Numbered from the whole stretch's first letter, positions 20,683 to 31,062 are shown. The stretch is 62,204 bases of DNA, filler included, from 6 parts of 6 records of this genome joined end to end with filler, not necessarily neighbours in it, one strand, 5' to 3'. Translations and numbers: made by a program. Notes: generated from the letters alone by a model not told the origin.

Positions 20683-21108
20683 CTAGTTGGTCGGAACCGT
20701 AGATTTTTCCAAGGGTACACCGCTTTCTCTCTCTGGTGAAACTGTTCCTTTAATTCGAATCACTTTTGTTGGTTCATTCACCGCATTTGACACGATAGTT
20801 ACACTTTTGTTAATTGCTCCAGGTCGTTTTGAATCATACTTCACAGTAATTTCTGCTGATGCTCCCGGAGCGATCGGTTCTTTGGGCCATGATGGAACTG
20901 TACATCCACATGATTTTTTAGCATCGGCAATAATTAGCGGAGCATTACCTGTGTTTTTAAATACAAAGGTGCAAGTTGCGTCTGCTCCATACTCAAGTGT
21001 TCCATAATCGTGAATTTCCTTTTCAAAAGAAATTTTAGCACCATCTTGTGCGAAAGTCATCGTTGCCAATCCAAAAATTGCAGCGAACAAAATCATCATT
21101 TTTTTCAT
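20683..21108 (-). CDS. DUF1573 domain secreted protein
   Basis: F..NTG.APLII....SCGCT.P...K.PI.PG; start moved to MKKMMILF at 21108. Confidence 0.88.
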   Translation of the reverse strand: MKKMMILFAAIFGLATMTFAQDGAKISFEKEIHDYGTLEYGADATCTFVFKNTGNAPLIIADAKKSCGCTVPSWPKEPIAPGASAEITVKYDSKRPGAINKSVTIVSNAVNEPTKVIRIKGTVSPERESGVPLEKSTVPTN

Positions 21109-21237
21109 CGTGTTTTGTTTTAAGTATCTACGAATGAAAGTATGCAAATAAGGGATTGATCTCTGAAGATTAACAGCAGTATAACACAATTAACAGCTCG
21201 TTAACAATCTTAATTTCATTGAATTAACCGAATTGGA

Positions 21238-21612
21238 TTAATCTTCTTTGGGAACTACATTCGCTTTAAACCTAATTTTCTGAATTGGCTTTTTAGCGTT
21301 GGTTTGTAGCTCAATGGTTCGATCCTGGAAATAGTACTTTCCATTGGTATCGAACGTTACTTTGAGCAGATACGTTTCGCCTGGAGCGATTGGCTTTTTG
21401 GGAAGAACCACCTTTGTGCAGGTACATTGAACTGTGTAGTCGCTGATAATAAGCGGTGCATTTCCTGTATTGGTTATTTTATAATGGTGTTCAAGTAGAA
21501 CGCCTTCGTTTGTCTTTGGAAATTTATGCGTTGATTTATCTACTGAGAAATCCGATTGCGCGAAAAGACCACTTACAAAAGACAAGAATAAGATCATCAG
21601 GAGATTTTTCAT
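21238..21612 (-). CDS. DUF1573 domain secreted protein
   Basis: ITNTGNAPLIISD..VQCTCT......PIAPGE; signal peptide. Confidence 0.85.
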   Translation of the reverse strand: MKNLLMILFLSFVSGLFAQSDFSVDKSTHKFPKTNEGVLLEHHYKITNTGNAPLIISDYTVQCTCTKVVLPKKPIAPGETYLLKVTFDTNGKYYFQDRTIELQTNAKKPIQKIRFKANVVPKED

Positions 21613-21762
21613 AGCACGAAATTTAATGACTTAGTTCAAAATTCATTCCAAGATAGTAAAGTCGGATGAAAAAAAAAGTACCGTTCTTTATTCATAAGGA
21701 CATTTGGAGAGTTAGCGTGCTTTTTTCGCCAATCTACAGCAAGTTCTTTAGAGTTCCCACCC

Positions 21763-23223
21763 TTAGATTCGGTACTTCAGTCCAAAATGGATCATTTGCG
21801 AGGTTCCGTTCACAACCAATTTAGTCGGTACTTTATAATCATCGCTATCTGAGTAAACAATGTTCATCGACGCGGCCTGCGTAACTCCTAGGTTAAAGCG
21901 ATAGGAAAGTGACAAGTAAAAGGCTTTCCCTAGCTGAAAATCTTTACTCGCCCCGACAAACAACGTCGGAAAAACAGAGTGATTAATGTAATTCTCCGAT
22001 TCAAACTTGTAAAGCGTGTCCATATTGTTATTCAATGCGTAGCTATATGAATTGTTTTTAAACCCTTTGTCCTGAAGATGCACATTAATACCGACTCCAG
22101 CATCTAAGTTGAGAAGGTTATAATTATTTTTCAAGATGAGTCGTTTACCCAAACCTAACGAGAGTCCTGTTGCCTTGAACATTTCTCTCACTCCTGCGCC
22201 ATTATCTCCATTTACAAGTACTTTCATCGCGTATTTGGAGTGTGAAAGTCCCGCTTTCCAATAATAATAATTGCCTATTCCTTTTTCAACGGAAAGCTGC
22301 GCAGATAACAATTCAGTATTGCAATTTTCAAAGAAATCCGAATTCCCTACTTCCTTCGTTCGTGCTAAAAACCGCCCACCTCCTATCTCTACAAAATAAC
22401 TCTTTGGGTCGAAGTAGCGTTTTTCCTTTTTAACTTCCTTTCGTGCTTCACGACGGGTTTGTTCGCTCGATTCCAAGATCTCAGCAATCTGTGAATTCTT
22501 TTTAGCGCCTGTAAACGTATACCCCAATCCAAGTTGAATGCTGTTCCCAGAACCTTTGAAAGTCCCCCGATCGGCACTATTGTTCAGGCTGTAATCTCCT
22601 AAGAATGTTTGTTTATTCGAGACGTTGTAACGCGCTGATATAAAGAGAAGGTCACTATTCTTCAATACTTTTGAAGCCTTCACCCCAAATATAAAGAATG
22701 GTCGCGCCTCTGCGTATTGTCCTTTTACGGTCGAAAAAACCTGCGAACCGTTTTGTCCTTGGCTTATTAAATCGGTAAAAGCTGTACTGGAAAAATGCTC
22801 GCTGCCGTAATAGGTAAAACCTGCACCGACCAAAAGAGTTAATGGCACTTCAGAAAACTTAAATGTGCGTGCCTCACCAACTAGGGACAAAGATGCTACT
22901 GGTGTTTCGAATGTGTTGGCTTGAACATGAGAATAGCTAAATCGGACGGTTTGAATTCCGACTCCTCCTTCTATTGTTGCACCAAATTGAGGTTTGAAAT
23001 TAAATGTATATCCGACACTCAATAATGGTTGCTGACTTATTCGGAAGTTAGGCTTCTCATTTCCCGCTGAAGAAAGAACGGTTGTTCTGTGAAGCGAATT
23101 AGAAAGTGTGACATTGATGTGATTGGTTTTAAACACCACGGAATCAGACTGTGCGAAATTAACGAAGGAAAGAAGAGTATTACATAGTAGAATTCCGAAA
23201 AAACTCACTTGAAGTTTATGCAT
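21763..23223 (-). CDS. Putative outer-membrane protein with two beta-barrel-like halves
   Basis: Signal peptide; internal LGLGYTF and terminal FGLKYRI barrel-end motifs separated by a charged linker. Confidence 0.55.
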   Translation of the reverse strand: MHKLQVSFFGILLCNTLLSFVNFAQSDSVVFKTNHINVTLSNSLHRTTVLSSAGNEKPNFRISQQPLLSVGYTFNFKPQFGATIEGGVGIQTVRFSYSHVQANTFETPVASLSLVGEARTFKFSEVPLTLLVGAGFTYYGSEHFSSTAFTDLISQGQNGSQVFSTVKGQYAEARPFFIFGVKASKVLKNSDLLFISARYNVSNKQTFLGDYSLNNSADRGTFKGSGNSIQLGLGYTFTGAKKNSQIAEILESSEQTRREARKEVKKEKRYFDPKSYFVEIGGGRFLARTKEVGNSDFFENCNTELLSAQLSVEKGIGNYYYWKAGLSHSKYAMKVLVNGDNGAGVREMFKATGLSLGLGKRLILKNNYNLLNLDAGVGINVHLQDKGFKNNSYSYALNNNMDTLYKFESENYINHSVFPTLFVGASKDFQLGKAFYLSLSYRFNLGVTQAASMNIVYSDSDDYKVPTKLVVNGTSQMIHFGLKYRI

Positions 23224-23369
23224 ATATTTTGAAAGATTGAATGACTTATGCCTAACGGAAATTCATTCTATGATATTTCAAGAGATCACTATTTTAACAA
23301 CCCGCATGATTGAATTAAAAACTAAATGCTCTATTTAACTCTGGTGTACAGTCCACAATTGGATATTAC

Positions 23370-23987
23370 TTACTCTTCTAGATAACTTTGTATCCTCGCT
23401 TTTACTGAAACTGTATTTTCAATAAATCTCCTTCGTTTACTTTCATCTCCCTTGAATGGGTCAAACAATAACTTATGAATATAGTGCTCTCCAGACCATT
23501 CAAACGAAGATTTAATCATTGCTATTTTTACATTACCACCTTCCTCAATGTTACCGATGAACTCACTAGGAACTTGGCTACCATACAATTGAAGATTTCG
23601 TTGAGAGACTTTTAATTCAATACTCCCATCCCAACTAATCATACCATCGAACTTTATTGGATACATTGATTTTGAAAAAGGGATAAACGGAAGCATCATT
23701 TTAGAGGCTTCAATGTAAACAAAACCATTTTTATGCATTGAGCCTCGTAGCTCTGTCGCATGAGTACCCACAACTGATCCACCTTCACGATAAACTTTAA
23801 ATTTTAAATTTTGACTAACTAACAGTTCTCTATTCTCTTGGATTAATCGTTTTACTTTGACGTCACTTTTCATCAACTCTGGAAGAATTAATTCTTCCAT
23901 TTGAGATTTAAGCATTTTATATCGATTTGATCCTTTCTTTTGCTTTGAAAGTTGTTTGCTTAATTCTAGAAGTTTAGTTCGTATCAC
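23370..23987 (-). CDS. Hypothetical protein
   Basis: 205-aa ORF in AT-rich DNA filling the intergenic gap; no motif recognised. Confidence 0.6.
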   Translation of the reverse strand: MIRTKLLELSKQLSKQKKGSNRYKMLKSQMEELILPELMKSDVKVKRLIQENRELLVSQNLKFKVYREGGSVVGTHATELRGSMHKNGFVYIEASKMMLPFIPFSKSMYPIKFDGMISWDGSIELKVSQRNLQLYGSQVPSEFIGNIEEGGNVKIAMIKSSFEWSGEHYIHKLLFDPFKGDESKRRRFIENTVSVKARIQSYLEE

Positions 23988-24114
23988 TCAAGTTTATTTT
24001 TAGCGTAACAGCTACATTACGTATCCGTAAGTATTCTTATAAAGAAAAATTCCGTCCCTGGAAAACCAAGAACGGAACTTAATGCTATTAATATGATCGC
24101 GAAAAATAGCTTTT

Positions 24115-24561
24115 TTAGTTATTTGCAGGTGCTCCAGAGTTGTTTACTGGTGCTCCACCTTCCGGCTTAGGAAGTACATTTCCTTTGATACGGATTACTT
24201 TAGTTGGTTCGTTAACCGCGTTTGAAGTAATTGTAACACTTTTATTGATAGCTCCTGGACGCTTAGTATCATACTTTACAGTAATCGTAGCTGTTTGTCC
24301 TGGTTGAATTGGCTCTTTTGGGAAAGAAGGAACTGTACATCCACAAGATCCTTTTGCATCTGAAATGATCAAAGGTGCATTTCCTGTATTTTTAAAGTTG
24401 AAAGAACATTGTCCGTTCGCATCAAACTTGATTGTACCGTAATCGTGAACTTCTTTTTCAAAGTCAATTTTTGCTCCTTCTGAAGCTACTTGTGCGATTG
24501 CTGAATTTGTTGCTACTGAAGCAACGAAGATCATCATAAGTGAAAATAAAACCTTTTTCAT
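24115..24561 (-). CDS. DUF1573 domain secreted protein
   Basis: GSCGCTVP; close paralog of 20683..21108 (KRPGAINKSVTI.SNAVNEPTKVIRIKG shared). Confidence 0.88.
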   Translation of the reverse strand: MKKVLFSLMMIFVASVATNSAIAQVASEGAKIDFEKEVHDYGTIKFDANGQCSFNFKNTGNAPLIISDAKGSCGCTVPSFPKEPIQPGQTATITVKYDTKRPGAINKSVTITSNAVNEPTKVIRIKGNVLPKPEGGAPVNNSGAPANN

Positions 24562-24652
24562 TTTGGGAATATTTAGTTTTTAATATTGTTTCTAAACAAA
24601 TTTAACCGAAGTATTCGATAATCCAACATCGTTAACACAACATTAACAATCG

Positions 24653-25246
24653 CTATTTTACGGCCTTCATTTGCATATCGATGAATTGATCACCAGACAA
24701 ATTCAAGTTATCTAATCGATGCTTAATTCCTTCTTTGTCTTCTGCGGACATCTTAGGAAATTCCTTTTGAAGGATTGAATAGTAATACTTCACTTTCTCT
24801 TTGTCCCATGGCTTGATAAAGTAATCATAGCTCGCTATTTGATTCTCAATAACGCGTTTTCGCTCTGGATACTTAGGATATTTTGTAAGCAGTGTATCTC
24901 CAAAATTTGCCGATGCTTGGTGCGCATTCAAGTTTGAATAATAAATACTCACTTTCTCTAGACATTTCGCTGAAGATTTGTGATCTGGGTATGTTCTGTA
25001 TACGAGTAATGCTTTTTCAATCACCGCCATTTGAGTCAATCTTGGAATTTGGCTTTCCTGTGTTTTAATGTCCGTAGGCATTCTAACAAGCGAATCTTCC
25101 AGTACTTTAATTTCACCCAAAAGTACCTCCGCCGATGGGATTTCGGTGGTGGTTTCCTTCTTTGATTCATTACCTTTTTCACTACCGCAAGAAACAACCA
25201 AGCTTCCTAACAATAACAGTCCAAAAATAGTTCTCATTTTATTCAT
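24653..25246 (-). CDS. Lipoprotein, helical/TPR-like
   Basis: Lipobox VVS-C; repeated YP/FP-terminated helical hairpins. Confidence 0.65.
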   Translation of the reverse strand: MNKMRTIFGLLLLGSLVVSCGSEKGNESKKETTTEIPSAEVLLGEIKVLEDSLVRMPTDIKTQESQIPRLTQMAVIEKALLVYRTYPDHKSSAKCLEKVSIYYSNLNAHQASANFGDTLLTKYPKYPERKRVIENQIASYDYFIKPWDKEKVKYYYSILQKEFPKMSAEDKEGIKHRLDNLNLSGDQFIDMQMKAVK

Positions 25247-25840
25247 TTAGCGTTTTTTACTCTTTGCAGGAAATTTCATTTTGTAATCTACTTTTACATC
25301 ACCTTTAGAAATGTTTGTCAATCTTTTGGTGATTAATCTCTTTTTAAGAGGAGAAAGGTGATCTGTAAACAAAATTCCTTCCAAATGGTCGTATTCATGT
25401 TGGATAATTCGTGCAGAATATCCTTCATACGTCTCTTCTTTCAAAACCCAATTCTGATCATAATAGGTAATCAGCACTTTTTCCTTTCTGAATACTTCTT
25501 CGCGAAAATCAGGAATTGAAAGACATCCTTCTCTAAATCCCCATTCTTCTCCTGTCTCTTCCTCAATGATCGGATTGATGAACACCTTTCTGAATGTTTC
25601 CATTCCTTTTGTTCGAACATCTGCTTGATCTTCTTCATCTTCCACGAACGTAGTCCCATCTACAATAAAAAGACGAATCGATTTTCCAATCTGAGGTGCA
25701 GCTAGTCCAATGCCCGATGCGTTGTACATGGTTTCATACATGTCTGCAATTAAGTCATCCAAGCCTGGATAGTTCTTATCAATTTCCTCTGATTCTCTTT
25801 TTAATATTGGATCGCCGTAGGCAACTATTGGTAATATCAT
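25247..25840 (-). CDS. def: Peptide deformylase
   Basis: GIGLAAPQIG, EGCLS and QHEYDHLEG. Confidence 0.97.
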   Translation of the reverse strand: MILPIVAYGDPILKRESEEIDKNYPGLDDLIADMYETMYNASGIGLAAPQIGKSIRLFIVDGTTFVEDEEDQADVRTKGMETFRKVFINPIIEEETGEEWGFREGCLSIPDFREEVFRKEKVLITYYDQNWVLKEETYEGYSARIIQHEYDHLEGILFTDHLSPLKKRLITKRLTNISKGDVKVDYKMKFPAKSKKR

Positions 25841-25911
25841 ATCTTTTACTTCTGCTGCAAAATTAATGGTTTCGCAAGAATTAATCGCAGTTCGACTTGA
25901 AAGAAATTGAA

Positions 25912-26334
25912 TCAGTATACATCTCTACGACTTTCGATGAATGATTGGAGAATAATTGTGGCGCTTACCTTGTCAATCAAGCCTTTATCTTTCTGTTGTT
26001 TTTTTGTCGCCCCAGCTGAAAACATTGAGTGGGAAGCCATCTTTGATGTAAATCGTTCATCCACCAATTCTATACTCACTTGAGCGAAGGTTTCTTGCAG
26101 TGCTTTTTTTAACAAGCGTACATTTTCTGAAATATGTCCATCCTCGTTGTTTAACCGTTTCGGCATCCCAAGTGCAATGGTTGTAAACGTTTCTTTTTCC
26201 TTTAGCTTTATGAGGTAGGACATTAACTGAGCAGAATCTACCGTTTCTAGTCCGAAGGCAAATGTTCCACCTTCATCTGAAATAGCTATTCCTGTTCGTT
26301 TTAATCCAAAATCGATTCCTACAATTTTTCCCAT
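25912..26334 (-). CDS. ruvX: YqgF/RuvX RNase H-like nuclease
   Basis: GIDFGLKRTGIA.SD, DERFTS and D..SA.IILQ; start moved to MGKIVG at 26334. Confidence 0.93.
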   Translation of the reverse strand: MGKIVGIDFGLKRTGIAISDEGGTFAFGLETVDSAQLMSYLIKLKEKETFTTIALGMPKRLNNEDGHISENVRLLKKALQETFAQVSIELVDERFTSKMASHSMFSAGATKKQQKDKGLIDKVSATIILQSFIESRRDVY

Positions 26335-26433
26335 AGTTACAAATATGAACAAATAACTGCTGATCTGTCGGATTTGAGTGATCATTCTTCAAAATCAAAC
26401 ATGTTGATTACTTTTGCCAAAAATCATTTAGAA

Positions 26434-27243
26434 ATGAGAACTATCATCGAAAACGCTTGGGAAGATCGCTCCCTTTTGAGTAAACCAGAAACCATTGAAG
26501 CTATTAACTCCGTGATTGAGTCTATCGACAAAGGTCATTTGAGAGTTGCTGAACCTCTTGATGACGGAAGTTGGCAAGTGAATGAATGGGTAAAAAAGGC
26601 TGTAGTGATGTACTTTCCTATTCGCAAAATGGAAACGATCGAGGTTGGTCCATTCGAGTTTCATGATAAAATGGCCTTGAAGAAAAACTACAAAGAACTT
26701 GGTGTAAGAGTTGTTCCTCACGCGGTTGCGCGCTATGGTGCGTACATTGCTTCTGGAGTGATTATGATGCCTTCGTACATTAACATTGGTGCGTATGTTG
26801 ATTCTGGAACAATGGTGGACACTTGGGCAACTGTTGGTTCATGTGCACAGATTGGAAAAGATGTCCATTTGAGCGGAGGAGTTGGAATTGGTGGAGTTTT
26901 GGAACCGCTTCAAGCTGCACCAGTAATTATTGAAGATGGAGCATTTATCGGATCTCGCTGCATCGTTGTTGAAGGAGTGCGGGTTGGAAAGCAAGCCGTT
27001 TTAGGAGCGAACGTTGTTTTGACAAAATCGACAAAAATTATAGACGTTACGGGTGATGAACCAAAGGAAATAAGAGGATATGTTCCTGAACGCAGTGTTG
27101 TTATTCCAGGATCTTACACAAAGAAATTTCCTGCAGGAGATTTTCAGGTTCCATGTGCGCTAATTATCGGGCAACGTAAAGCATCTACAGATTTGAAGAC
27201 GTCATTGAATGATGCTTTGAGAGAGCATAATGTTGCTGTATAA
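26434..27243 (+). CDS. dapD: 2,3,4,5-tetrahydropyridine-2,6-dicarboxylate N-succinyltransferase
   Basis: WVKKAV, RVVP.A.ARYG, DTWATVGSCAQIG, GGVLEPLQA; ATG 26434 preceded by TACTTTTG at 26409. Confidence 0.96.
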   Translation: MRTIIENAWEDRSLLSKPETIEAINSVIESIDKGHLRVAEPLDDGSWQVNEWVKKAVVMYFPIRKMETIEVGPFEFHDKMALKKNYKELGVRVVPHAVARYGAYIASGVIMMPSYINIGAYVDSGTMVDTWATVGSCAQIGKDVHLSGGVGIGGVLEPLQAAPVIIEDGAFIGSRCIVVEGVRVGKQAVLGANVVLTKSTKIIDVTGDEPKEIRGYVPERSVVIPGSYTKKFPAGDFQVPCALIIGQRKASTDLKTSLNDALREHNVAV

Positions 27244-27257
27244 GAATTCTTTTAAAC

Positions 27258-27288
27258 AAAAAAGAGGGGTAGTTAGCCCCTCTTTTTT
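27258..27288. terminator. Bidirectional terminator
   Basis: AAAAAAGAGGGG...CCCCTCTTTTTT between convergent genes. Confidence 0.8.
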
Positions 27289-27308
27289 GTTTACTTAATT
27301 TCTTGTTA

Positions 27309-27929
27309 TTAGAATTTGAAAGACAATCCAGCTGAAACCAAAGGCCCTCCAATTCCAAGCTCGGCATTGATTCCGATATTCTGAGTGAAATAATAACGCA
27401 TTCCTCCACAAAGTCTAAACGAAGCTGGAATTAACGCACCAGTTAAAGTCTCATCTTTCTGTTCTACATCATTTTCAAAGTACTTGTACGTGCGTGAGTT
27501 TGTTCCCGCGCCAATTCCCATGTAGACATCCAAATCCGGGTTAGACACATCAAAATGGTAGTTGAAACGCGCTTGAAAACGCATACGATTCATTGTTGCT
27601 CTCGTATTAACCTCAGTTGTAATCGGCTGACCACCTGAAGTATATCCTGTTGTATCGATAGAAGTACCTTCAACTCCAAAACCATTAAAAATTGCATCTA
27701 TACCAACCCCAAACTGATCTCCAACCATATATTCTACACGTAATCCCGTTGGACCATATCCAGTTACTTTTACATCACTTAGTTCATCAGCGACACTATT
27801 CGCTAAACTTTTTCCGAAATTTGGAAACCCGTAGTATGGATCGATGATCACATTTCCTTGCTCTGCTGCTTGGCCAAAAGCCATTCCTCCCAATAGGAAC
27901 GCCGCCATAATTGTTAAAATACTTTTCAT
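27309..27929 (-). CDS. Outer-membrane beta-barrel protein
   Basis: Signal peptide MKSILT..AFG-Q; RFNYHF, GGMRYYF and terminal AGLSFKF. Confidence 0.8.
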   Translation of the reverse strand: MKSILTIMAAFLLGGMAFGQAAEQGNVIIDPYYGFPNFGKSLANSVADELSDVKVTGYGPTGLRVEYMVGDQFGVGIDAIFNGFGVEGTSIDTTGYTSGGQPITTEVNTRATMNRMRFQARFNYHFDVSNPDLDVYMGIGAGTNSRTYKYFENDVEQKDETLTGALIPASFRLCGGMRYYFTQNIGINAELGIGGPLVSAGLSFKF

Positions 27930-28138
27930 ATGAATAAATTTAAGTCTGACTCCGATAATCAAGATTCGTGCCAAACATAGAAAAAATTATTTCATAAATC
28001 GTGAATCATCTCTTGTGTATCTTACCTCTTACTATCATTTAAAAATATGATATAAAATGTTATTTAACAATGAATTACACACTTAAAAAGCGTATTAAAA
28101 TCAAGCCTTAACAGAATGAATTCCCAAAGAATAGAAGC

Positions 28139-28169
28139 AAAAAAAGGAGCGCATTTAGCGCTCCTTTTT
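28139..28169 (-). terminator. Terminator downstream of aconitase
   Basis: AAAAAGGAGCGC-attta-GCGCTCCTTTTT. Confidence 0.8.
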
Positions 28170-28189
28170 ACAATTATTTTCTTAAAAAA

Positions 28190-28747
28190 TTACTTCGCGT
28201 TCTCAGTTTTAATCAAATTCAATGCAGAACCTGCAATGAACCAATCAATCTGCTGTGCGTTGTAAGTGTGGTTTAAAAGAATATTCTCTTTCGAACCATC
28301 TGCATGAACAACTTCTAAAGTCAATTGTTTTCCTGGAGCAAAATCTGCCAAATCAATAAAGTTGAATGTATCATCTTCTTTGATTTTAGCATAATCTGAT
28401 TCCGTAGCAAACGTCAACCCGAGCATTCCTTGTTTTTTCAAGTTTGTCTCGTGGATTCGTGCAAACGATTTAACGATTACCGCACATACTCCAAGGTGAC
28501 GAGGCTCCATTGCTGCATGCTCACGTGAAGAACCTTCACCGTAATTATGATCTCCAACAACGATTGAAGGAATTCCAGCTGCTTTGTATGCTCTAGCCGT
28601 TGCAGGAACTTCTCCTTTTGCACCAGTTAATTGGTTGACTACTTCATTTGTTGCTCCACCGAATGCATTTACAGCACCGATCAAACAGTTATTTGAAATA
28701 TTATCTAAGTGTCCACGGTATCTCAACCATGGTCCAGCCATAGAGAT
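28190..28747 (-). CDS. Aconitate hydratase (mitochondrial-type), 3' part cut by contig end
   Basis: [29 protein letters not shown] and [13 protein letters not shown] swivel domain. Confidence 0.93.
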   Translation of the reverse strand: MSMAGPWLRYRGHLDNISNNCLIGAVNAFGGATNEVVNQLTGAKGEVPATARAYKAAGIPSIVVGDHNYGEGSSREHAAMEPRHLGVCAVIVKSFARIHETNLKKQGMLGLTFATESDYAKIKEDDTFNFIDLADFAPGKQLTLEVVHADGSKENILLNHTYNAQQIDWFIAGSALNLIKTENAK

Positions 28748-28847
28748 NNNNNNNNNNNNNNNNNNNNNNNNNNNNNNNNNNNNNNNNNNNNTTAATTAAT
28801 TAANNNNNNNNNNNNNNNNNNNNNNNNNNNNNNNNNNNNNNNNNNNN
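28748..28847. other. Artificial contig spacer
   Basis: N-run / TTAATTAATTAA / N-run. Confidence 0.99.
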
Positions 28848-28873
28848 GCCGGAGAGTAGCGCTACTCTCCGGC
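28848..28873. terminator. Perfect 26-bp palindrome, probable terminator stem at the distal end of the array
   Basis: GCCGGAGAGTAGC|GCTACTCTCCGGC; at the contig edge, so an assembly artefact is not excluded. Confidence 0.45.
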
Positions 28874-28970
28874 CTTTGACACGGATAAAAGCTATCTAGA
28901 CACGCGTTCAGGACACGCCTCTAGCGCTTCCTCAGAATGGCGCGGTCGTGCTCAACCTTGCTCAATAAAG

Positions 28971-29225
28971 TCACATGCTTTTACCTTGGGCCATATGCCG
29001 CTCATGGAGCTCATTGTTATACTCACCAAGGCGCTCACGAGCGTTCTCAAGCTCTTTCCAGGCTTCCTGTAGCTCCGATAGATCTTCCTCGGCGGGCGCC
29101 TGGTCCTTGATGCCACTATCGAGGCTTTCGTATTTGGCATCTATCCGCTCAGCCACGTTCTGGTACTTGGCCCAGGCCGCCTGATACTGTTCCCGCTCGC
29201 GTTTCCAGTTTTGTGCGTTTGCCAT
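28971..29225 (-). CDS. Small coiled-coil hypothetical protein
   Basis: 84 aa; GGAGG RBS upstream; helical composition. Confidence 0.65.
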   Translation of the reverse strand: MANAQNWKREREQYQAAWAKYQNVAERIDAKYESLDSGIKDQAPAEEDLSELQEAWKELENARERLGEYNNELHERHMAQGKSM

Positions 29226-29424
29226 TGCTTACCTCCCACTGTTGCAATTGAGTGATGGGGAATTTTCGCCTCACTCATCATGACGTTACGGCCGGAAGGG
29301 GCTTTTTCAACCAGAGACAAATTACGGAATAGACAGTTGGAAGCCGCCTGGGTTAAGCAGCCCCTCAAACATTTGTGCTGCTCATAACGACCCACGTTAG
29401 TTGCAGAATCATGACTGTCCTTCC

Positions 29425-30348
29425 CTACGGGTTCACCAGCACGTAGTCGATCGCCGCACACACGGCAGTAGCCTGCGCTGCATTGCATTGCTCGGGGGTC
29501 ACTCGTGCGCTGTCGGGATAGACTTCGGTGGTGGTCCTGTATGGAGCACTGGTGATACTGGCGCACAGGCCCAGCTGTTTGAGCGGGTACTGAATGACGC
29601 CTCGAGCGGCGACCGGTGAGCCAAAGATCTCACCGTTACCATCAGCCGGTGCGATGTGTGTGACCTGCTCCACCGCCTCAATCAACGCCTGTTGAAACTC
29701 GGGCTCTGGGCTTTCGCTGTCATCGACCAGATAGAAGCCGTCAGGAATTTCCCCCGGCTCGAACGGCTTGCCGTCTCGGGCCGCGAGCGCGGGACGAAAC
29801 TCGGTTTCATCCGTATCAGTGGTCTCGTGCAGATCGATATGCATCAATGCATGATCGCGAACGGGGGCCACCAGGCGCATAAGCGCCGCCGCCTCATCCG
29901 CCAAACCGTCATCTCGGAACGAACGGTTCGGGTCGACCGCGTTCGGGTTCCAGCGATGAATGCGCTCGTATGCCCAAGGGCTGACGCACGGCGCAACCAA
30001 CAAATTGACACGGCCTGCGTAATCCTCCGCATGCTGATCAACAAACTGCAGTGCGCCGTGTACACCGCTGGTTTCATAGCCGTGTACCCCGCCTGTTATC
30101 AGCACAACTGGCAAATCCTCACGCCAGTCGCGGCTGCGAATCGCCATCAGCGGATAACGGTTGGCGCCATAATTCAGATGGCCATATTCTTCCACATCAA
30201 AACGTGGGCGCAGACGCTTGATCACGCTTAACACATCAGACTCGTAGCTCCGTTGACGGGTCTGTTGTGACAACCACTCAGCACGTTCCACCTCACCCCA
30301 GGGAGTGCCAGGCTTACCGATGGGATAATGTGCGGGAGCCGTGTTCAT
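29425..30348 (-). CDS. M14-family metallocarboxypeptidase (succinylglutamate desuccinylase-like)
   Basis: GGVHGYE, DPNRSF, IDLHE and TTEVYPD. Confidence 0.85.
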   Translation of the reverse strand: MNTAPAHYPIGKPGTPWGEVERAEWLSQQTRQRSYESDVLSVIKRLRPRFDVEEYGHLNYGANRYPLMAIRSRDWREDLPVVLITGGVHGYETSGVHGALQFVDQHAEDYAGRVNLLVAPCVSPWAYERIHRWNPNAVDPNRSFRDDGLADEAAALMRLVAPVRDHALMHIDLHETTDTDETEFRPALAARDGKPFEPGEIPDGFYLVDDSESPEPEFQQALIEAVEQVTHIAPADGNGEIFGSPVAARGVIQYPLKQLGLCASITSAPYRTTTEVYPDSARVTPEQCNAAQATAVCAAIDYVLVNP

Positions 30349-30372
30349 ATCATCTTTCCTCCTTATGAGTTG

Positions 30373-31062
30373 TCAGACGTCGTACTCGTCGTGGCGGCGA
30401 TTCCATACGTAGGGCTCCGTCTGCGGCCAGCCTTCCGGTGAGTCTTCCCAAGTTTCCTGGCGACCAAAGGGGGTCAAATCCAGGTATGTCCAGAGAGTGC
30501 CAAGATATTCGACGCCACGCGCACCCGTATAGTAGGTGCGGTAGATGTCATCTCCGTCGCGAATAAAAACACTGGCACCGTGCCGTTCACCGTTATCCGT
30601 GGTTGCGCCGAAATCGACGTTAAAGTCGCTCTCGTAAGAGGAATACCATGGAACAGGCGCCGTCCATCCCATCCGCGACCTGTACTGCACGAGCTTTTCC
30701 CTTGGTGCGCGTGACACCATAACCAACGACGTATCGCGAGCATGCAGGTGGGCCGGGTGTGTCATGGCATCTACCAACCAGGAGCAACCGTCGCAGCCAG
30801 CGTTCCAATCCGGGGCAAACATGAAGTGATAAACAATGAGCTGACGGCGCCCTTCGAACAAATCGAGCAGGGACACTGCGCCATTTTCCCCCTGGAGCGT
30901 ATAGTGCTTGGCCACCTTGACCATCGGTAACTTCCTACGCTCTGCGTTCAGTGCATCCCGTGCCCGGGTTAACTCTTTCTCTTTTACAAGAAGCTGATCC
31001 AGCGCCGCTTTCCACTGTTCCGAAGAAACGACCTCCGGTAATGGCTGTTTATCTGTCGCCAT
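30373..31062 (-). CDS. DUF899 thioredoxin-like protein
   Basis: LLVKEKELTR.RD.L..ERR.LP, LFEGRRQLIVYHFMF, CDGCS and LDLTPFGRQE. Confidence 0.9.
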   Translation of the reverse strand: MATDKQPLPEVVSSEQWKAALDQLLVKEKELTRARDALNAERRKLPMVKVAKHYTLQGENGAVSLLDLFEGRRQLIVYHFMFAPDWNAGCDGCSWLVDAMTHPAHLHARDTSLVMVSRAPREKLVQYRSRMGWTAPVPWYSSYESDFNVDFGATTDNGERHGASVFIRDGDDIYRTYYTGARGVEYLGTLWTYLDLTPFGRQETWEDSPEGWPQTEPYVWNRRHDEYDV

